From Plantibacter sp. RU18 (GTDB lineage: Bacteria; Actinomycetota; Actinomycetes; Actinomycetales; Microbacteriaceae), in NCBI RefSeq assembly GCF_050613355.1, contig NZ_CP159618.1, forward strand, positions 3,033,671 to 3,065,670: DNA of 32,000 nt, given 5' to 3'. Below the pieces are notes generated by a model that was not told the DNA's origin, did no database searches, and was given only the letters and a program-made list of their open reading frames with translations. Numbering within the stretch: the stretch's first letter is position 1; every line of letters begins with the position of its first letter. A program made the translations under genes and the position numbers. Of this stretch, positions 25,916-32,000 are shown piece by piece.

Positions 25916-27223
25916 TCAGTCGAGCGGCTTGAACTCGAGGCCGTCCGGCGTCGAGTCCGCGGTGACGAATGCGAACGAGCCGAAGCCCGCCGCAGTGACC
26001 CGCTCGAGCAACACCTTGAGGTTCTTGACGCGGGCCTCGAGCCGCACACGACGGCCCTCCGCGACGAGGCGGGCCTTGATCGCGACGAGCGTGGCCGGCG
26101 AGACGTCCCGGTCGTGCACGAGGACGACCGAGTCCGCAGCCGCACCGGCTGGTAGCTCGACGAGATCGACGATGCGCTCGAAGCCGATGGAGAATCCCGC
26201 TGCCGGCACGTCCTGGCCGAGGAAGCGACCGATCATGCCGTCGTAGCGGCCTCCACCACCGAGCGAGTAGCCGAGATCGGGATGCGCGATCTCGAAGATC
26301 GTGCCGGTGTAGTAGCCCATGCCGCGCACGAGGAAGGGGTCGAACACGAGCGGGTTCGCGAACGGGTCAGCGGGCTGTCCCTGCAGTGCGCTCGCCGCGG
26401 CGACCGCCTTGCCGAGGGCGTCGAGCTCTGCGACGACCGCGTCGTCGGCACCGATCGGGAGCGCCTTGCGGATCGCGCGCTCGCCGAAGGTGTTGAACTC
26501 CATCGTCTGCGGACGACGGAAGAAGGCCTCGAGCGCATCGACGGCCGTCGCGTCGACCCCGCGATCGCGCAGCTCGGCGACGACGCCCTGCTGACCGATC
26601 TTGTCGAGCTTGTCGATCGTGATGAGCACCTGTGCGTGGGCGTCCGCCGGGAAGCCGAGCGTGTCGAGCATGCCGATGAGCAGACGGCGGTCGTTGATGC
26701 GGACAGTGCAGCCCGTGATGCCGAGCTCGGCGAGCGTCGCGAGCGTCGCCGTGATGAGCTCGGTCTCGGCCAGGTTCGAGGCCTCGCCGATGATGTCGAT
26801 GTCGCACTGCACGAACTGCCGGTACCGCCCCTTCTGCGGTCGTTCGGCTCGCCAGACCGGCGCGATCTGGATGGAGCGGAACACCGGAGGCAGTTCCGCT
26901 CGGTGCGAGGCGTAGAAGCGCGCCAACGGCACCGTGAGATCGAAGCGCAGGCCGAGGTCGGTCAGCTCGGCCTGGTCCTCCGCCGCCGCGACGACCGCGT
27001 CGGCACTGAGTCCCCGCTTCAGGATGTTGAAGGCGAGCTTCTCGTTGTCGCCGCCGAGACCCGAGTGCAGTCGGTCGAAGTCCTCGACGACCGGCGTCTC
27101 GATCTCGTCGAAGCCGTGCGAGGTGAACACACGACGGATGGTGCCCAGGGCGTGCTCCCGACGGGCTTTGTCTGCTGGGAGGAAATCACGCATGCCGCGC
27201 GGCGGGGTCACTGGAGCTGCCAT
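25916..27223 (-). CDS. hisS: Histidine--tRNA ligase
   Basis: 435 aa. PRGMRDFLP, class II motif 2 region FRSIQIAPVWRAERPQKGRYRQFVQCDIDIIG, GGGRYDGMIGRF, and a C-terminal anticodon-binding-type domain. Confidence 0.9.
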   Translation of the reverse strand: MAAPVTPPRGMRDFLPADKARREHALGTIRRVFTSHGFDEIETPVVEDFDRLHSGLGGDNEKLAFNILKRGLSADAVVAAAEDQAELTDLGLRFDLTVPLARFYASHRAELPPVFRSIQIAPVWRAERPQKGRYRQFVQCDIDIIGEASNLAETELITATLATLAELGITGCTVRINDRRLLIGMLDTLGFPADAHAQVLITIDKLDKIGQQGVVAELRDRGVDATAVDALEAFFRRPQTMEFNTFGERAIRKALPIGADDAVVAELDALGKAVAAASALQGQPADPFANPLVFDPFLVRGMGYYTGTIFEIAHPDLGYSLGGGGRYDGMIGRFLGQDVPAAGFSIGFERIVDLVELPAGAAADSVVLVHDRDVSPATLVAIKARLVAEGRRVRLEARVKNLKVLLERVTAAGFGSFAFVTADSTPDGLEFKPLD

Positions 27224-27264
27224 GCGTCAATTCTGGCATGGCGCAGAGGCCGGTTGGCGAGCGC

Positions 27265-27921
27265 TCAGGCGGCTCCAGCGCGCTCGGCGTCCTGGATGCG
27301 CGTGCTCAGTCGCCGCACGGCACCGCGGAGGGCGCGCTCGGCGTCGAGGCCTGTCGCTCGTGCCGCGGCGACGATCGCGAGCAGCTGCTCCCCCAACTCC
27401 TCCTCGTCAGCAGCACCGTCGGCGCGCGTGAGCGGCTGGACGTCGACCGACCCGGCACGCCCGAGCACCTTGTCAGCCAGGGCGAGCGACGGCATCGCCT
27501 GCGGGATCCCGTCGAGCGCGCTCCTGCGTCTCGCCTTCTCCTCCGCTTTGGCGGCGTTCCAGACCCGGACGACGTCCTCGGGAGTCGGTGCCGCGTCATC
27601 CCCGAACACGTGCGGGTGCCGGTGCACCATCTTGCGCGTGACCGCGTCCGCGACGTCGTCGAAGCCGAAGGGTGCCTCAGGGTCCCGGGAGGCGATCTCC
27701 GCGTGGAAGACGACCTGCCACAGGACGTCGCCGAGTTCTTCGACGAGTTCCTCCCGGGTGCCATCCTCGACCGCCTCGACGAGTTCGTAGCTCTCCTCGA
27801 TGAGGTACGGGACGAGTCTCGCGTGATCGATGCCCTGCGTCCACACGCACCGGTCCCGGATCTGACGCATCGCGTCGACGAGACGCGCGCTCGCGGTGTC
27901 TCCGACAGGCTCCGCGCTCAC
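27265..27921 (-). CDS. mazG: MazG-family nucleoside triphosphate pyrophosphohydrolase
   Basis: LIEESYELVEAVE...ELGDVLWQVVFHAEIA and RHPHVFGD. The GTG start overlaps the ALDH stop (GTGA at 27918-27921). Confidence 0.88.
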   Translation of the reverse strand: MSAEPVGDTASARLVDAMRQIRDRCVWTQGIDHARLVPYLIEESYELVEAVEDGTREELVEELGDVLWQVVFHAEIASRDPEAPFGFDDVADAVTRKMVHRHPHVFGDDAAPTPEDVVRVWNAAKAEEKARRRSALDGIPQAMPSLALADKVLGRAGSVDVQPLTRADGAADEEELGEQLLAIVAAARATGLDAERALRGAVRRLSTRIQDAERAGAA

Positions 27922-29399
27922 GCTCGGCCCCCTCGAGCAGGCCGGCCATCCGCGCGCCGAGTCCGCGCGATGACACGTGCGATGCGGTCGCGCACCTCGG
28001 TGAACGGGGGGTAGATCAGCGAGAGCGTGTCCGGGGACAGCGGCTTCGCGAGCACGGCCTTCGCATGGCTGAACGTGTCGAAGGAGTACCGCCCGTGGTA
28101 CGCACCCATCCCGCTCCCGCCGACGCCGCCGAACGGCAACCCCGGCACGAGGAGGTGGGCGGCCGGGACGCCGAAGGCGAGCGCACCGGAGGACGTGTCG
28201 CGGGTGAACCGCTTCCGCGTCGCGCGGTCGTCGCTGAAGACGTACAGGGCGAGCGGCTTCTCCCCGGCACGGATGTGCGCGATGGCCTGCTCAAGGCCAC
28301 TGACGTGCAGGATGGGCAGGATCGGCCCGAAGATCTCCTCGTGCATGATGGGCGCCTCGGGGTCCACCCCGTTCACGACCGTTGGCGCGATGTACCGGTC
28401 TGCAGCATCGTGCTCGCCCCCGATCGCCGGGTCGAGGTCCTCGAGGAGGCCGCTGACCCGCGTGAAATGCTTGTCCGTGACGATCCGCCCGTAGTCAGGG
28501 CTGCCGGCCGGATCCGGTCCGTAGAGAGCGGTGATCGCGTCCTGCAGGTACGGCACGAGCCGGTCCGCCACAGTGCGCGTCGCGAGCACGTAGTCGGGGG
28601 CGACGCAGGTCTGTCCGGCATTCATGAGCTTGCCCCACACGATCCGCTTGGCCGCGTCAGCGAGATCGACGGTGTCGTCGACGTAGACCGGGGACTTCCC
28701 TCCGAGTTCGAGGGTGATGGGTGTCAGATGCTCTGCCGCGGCGCGGGCGACGACTCGTCCGACGGCCGCTCCGCCGGTGTAGAAGATGTGGTCGAAGCGC
28801 TCGGCGAGCAACGCTGTCGCGAGGGCGACATCGCCTTCGAGGACCGCGACTGCCCGGTCGTCGAGGTACTCGGGCAGCAGTCGGGCGAGCGCTGCACTCG
28901 TCGCGGGCGCGAGTTCGCTGGGTTTGAGGAGCACAGCATCCCCCGCTGCGAGCGCACCGATGACGGGTCCGAGGCAGAGCTGCACGGGATAGTTCCAGGG
29001 TCCGATGACCAGCACGACCCCCACGGGTTCGGCCACGACGGACGCCGAGGCCGGCGCGAGGGCGAGCGGCACCGCTACCCGTCGGGGCCGCGTCCAGGAG
29101 CGCAGGTGCTTCAGCGCGTGGTCGATCTCGCCGACGAGGAGACCGATCTCGGTGATCTGCGCCTCGGTGCCGCTCTTCCCGAGGTCTGTCGACAGCGCCT
29201 GCTCGAGCTCGCCACCGCGTTCGACGAGCAAGCGCTTCAGAGCGCGCAGCTGACGGAGACGCCACGCGAGCGGCTTCGTCGTCCCACGGTCGAAGGTCTG
29301 TCGGAGCGCGGCGACCGTCGTCGACGCGAGTGCGGAGACGGCACTCCGCTCCGCTGCATCCTCCGCAGCCGTGCGCTTGGTCCGGGTGCTGGTCGCCAT
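27918..29399 (-). CDS. Aldehyde dehydrogenase (class 3-like ALDH)
   Basis: This is the C-terminal 493 codons of the 934-aa track ORF, starting at MATSTRTKR with GGAGGA 4 nt upstream. Motifs: GPWNYP, ELGGKSP, NAGQTCVAPDY (catalytic Cys), EEIFGPILPI. Confidence 0.9.
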   Translation of the reverse strand: MATSTRTKRTAAEDAAERSAVSALASTTVAALRQTFDRGTTKPLAWRLRQLRALKRLLVERGGELEQALSTDLGKSGTEAQITEIGLLVGEIDHALKHLRSWTRPRRVAVPLALAPASASVVAEPVGVVLVIGPWNYPVQLCLGPVIGALAAGDAVLLKPSELAPATSAALARLLPEYLDDRAVAVLEGDVALATALLAERFDHIFYTGGAAVGRVVARAAAEHLTPITLELGGKSPVYVDDTVDLADAAKRIVWGKLMNAGQTCVAPDYVLATRTVADRLVPYLQDAITALYGPDPAGSPDYGRIVTDKHFTRVSGLLEDLDPAIGGEHDAADRYIAPTVVNGVDPEAPIMHEEIFGPILPILHVSGLEQAIAHIRAGEKPLALYVFSDDRATRKRFTRDTSSGALAFGVPAAHLLVPGLPFGGVGGSGMGAYHGRYSFDTFSHAKAVLAKPLSPDTLSLIYPPFTEVRDRIARVIARTRRADGRPARGGRA

Positions 29400-29594
29400 G
29401 GGTTCCTCCAACTCGACGTCGCTGTGCGCACCAGCATACGACCGCCCTCGTGTGCCGCCGCCGGCCCCCGTCCAGCTGCTTCCGTTCAGGACGCGGCCGC
29501 TACGATGGTCGGAGGTGAGCCGGGAAGTCTGGTCGGCACAGAACTCGACGACCCCGCGCACCGCTCCACCGTTGTGCGCAGACCAGGAGCACCA

Positions 29595-30761
<1,167 letters not shown>

Positions 30762-30808
30762 ACTCACCGAAGGACTCCTCGGCGAGCGCGATGAGTCGAC
30801 GGGCCCGA

Positions 30809-31741
30809 CTATCGCCCGAGGAACCGCTCGACCGCGGCGGCGATCTCCGGCGACTTGGTGTGGTGGAGGTAGTGGTCGGCGTCGAGGGGCACGACCTCGC
30901 CGCGATCCACGCTCGCAGCCTGTTCCTCGTGGAGCGGGAGCCAGCCCTCGACGGTGGGGTTGTCCGCCTGGACGAACAGCAGTACCGGCAGGTCGGCGGG
31001 GAAGGTCTTCCCTCGTGCGTCCCGGAAGTTCGCGGCGATCCGCGACATCTCGTCCGAGTACGTCGAGCTCGAGGTGTTGCGGAGCGAGATCATCCCGAGC
31101 TGCTCCCTGGTCGCCTGGTCGTACGGCAGATCAGCGTACGGATCACCCGCCATCGCGGTCACGACCCTGGTGATCCCGAGTGCTTTGGCGGCGCGCATCG
31201 CATCCACCGGAAGGTTCGCGTCCATGCCCGGCTGCCCCGGGACGCTGCTGTCGATCCCGACGAACGCGGTGACCTCGTCGCGGAAACGCTCGACGTATTC
31301 CAGCGCGTAGATCCCGGCGATCGAATGCCCCATGAGCACGTACTCGTCGATGCCGAGTCCCTGCACGGCTTCGTGGACCTCGTCGACGATGTGCGAGGTG
31401 GTCCGAGGGACGTCCGTCTGGTCGCTCAGGCCATACCCGAAGGGTTCGACCGCGACGACGCGGTACATCGGCGACAACTCCGCGATGAGCGGCGAGAAGT
31501 CGAGCGCGGGTGAGCCGGTGCCGAATCCGGGGAGCAGCACGATCGTCTGCTCACCGTCCCCCTCGACCAGGACGTTCATGTGCTTCCCGTCGACCGTGAC
31601 ACGCTGCCCGTAGTCCTCGATGCGTGAGGCCTCCGAGGCGCTGGCGGCCGTGTTGACGATGGTGGTGGTGAGCAATCCGGCGAGCACGAGCGCGACAAGC
31701 GCGGCGACACCGGTGAGGACGATACGGAGGAGCTTCTTCAT
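30809..31741 (-). CDS. Alpha/beta-fold hydrolase with an N-terminal signal/anchor
   Basis: MKKLLRIVLTGVAALVALVLAGLL, LLPGFG, nucleophile elbow GHSIAG, and a C-terminal DADHYLHH-type His region. Confidence 0.85.
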   Translation of the reverse strand: MKKLLRIVLTGVAALVALVLAGLLTTTIVNTAASASEASRIEDYGQRVTVDGKHMNVLVEGDGEQTIVLLPGFGTGSPALDFSPLIAELSPMYRVVAVEPFGYGLSDQTDVPRTTSHIVDEVHEAVQGLGIDEYVLMGHSIAGIYALEYVERFRDEVTAFVGIDSSVPGQPGMDANLPVDAMRAAKALGITRVVTAMAGDPYADLPYDQATREQLGMISLRNTSSSTYSDEMSRIAANFRDARGKTFPADLPVLLFVQADNPTVEGWLPLHEEQAASVDRGEVVPLDADHYLHHTKSPEIAAAVERFLGR

Positions 31742-31829
31742 ACCTCCAGGCTAGAAAGAACCGACACCTGTCGGATCGACCCTGGGTGCCGAACCGTGTC
31801 GTCCCACGGTCCCATCCGCTGCCTCCTGT

Positions 31830-32000
31830 CTAGGACGTCGGTGCCTCCGGCAACGGGTAGATCGCGGTGAGGAACTGCTGCACCCAGGCGATGAGGTCGG
31901 CGTCGGCCAGCGGTTCGTCACCGACGCGCGGCAGTGGAACGATCACGGCATTCGTCTGCGCGAGGTACTTCGCGCCGGGGTACATCCGCCTCAGGCGCGT
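31830..32000 (-). CDS. Partial CDS (C-terminal about 56 codons only), function unknown
   Basis: Hand translation of the minus strand is open from the window edge to the TAG at 31830-31832 (...MYPGAKYLAQTNAVIVPLPRVGDEPLADADLIAWVQQFLTAIYPLPEAPTS), with mostly G/C third positions. It is not in the ORF track because no start lies within the window. Confidence 0.4.
   Translation of the reverse strand, partial: TRLRRMYPGAKYLAQTNAVIVPLPRVGDEPLADADLIAWVQQFLTAIYPLPEAPTS

Noticed and set aside
24810-27790. 478-aa and 502-aa plus-strand ORFs (24810..26246, 26282..27790)
   Set aside because: They are antisense to the EEP, hisS and mazG genes, which all carry clear family motifs. The composition is typical of non-coding frames in high-GC DNA.

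Overview
This is a high-GC actinobacterial chromosome segment; a Micrococcales/Microbacteriaceae-like origin is only an inference from composition and gene content. I had no search tools, so every family call rests on motifs read from the ORF translations.

Most of the window is ordinary core genome:
- 64-4462: a YcaQ-type glycosylase, a Q/P-rich membrane protein, and the htpX-lemA pair.
- 4602-9038: a four-gene, translationally coupled minus-strand operon (TetR, MFS/GPH transporter, PLP amino-acid deaminase/aldolase, GULO/ALO-type FAD oxidase).
- 9247-13504: a large secreted protein with Ig-like repeats and a polytopic membrane domain, a rhodanese, and glutamate decarboxylase.
- 19002-32000: ndh, an S8 mycosin-like protease, DUF501, an FtsB/DivIC-like protein, eno, an EEP-family protein, hisS, mazG, an aldehyde dehydrogenase, nhaA and an alpha/beta hydrolase.

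The accessory part is a decayed integrative island of about 5.2 kb (13598-18843).
- It is bounded by a 24-bp direct repeat that is the 3' end of a tRNA gene at 18821-18894.
- Its tyrosine integrase is 5'-truncated and frameshifted.
- A second, unrelated tRNA 3' fragment lies inside it.
- G+C is visibly lower than in the flanks.
- It carries about 8-10 small genes, only one of which (DUF2188) I can place in a family. They include a small Cas2/VapD-like-patterned protein, several membrane proteins with overlapping reading frames, and two paralogous beta-rich proteins.

Other oddities:
- The target tRNA has a Leu (UAA) anticodon and a Leu-type D-arm but only a 5-nt variable loop.
- The MFS gene carries an in-frame TGA.
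- The large membrane protein ends in what looks like a catalytically dead M50/S2P protease domain.

I see no CRISPR array, rRNA or recognisable riboswitch. Many long ORFs in the track are high-GC antisense or read-through artefacts.
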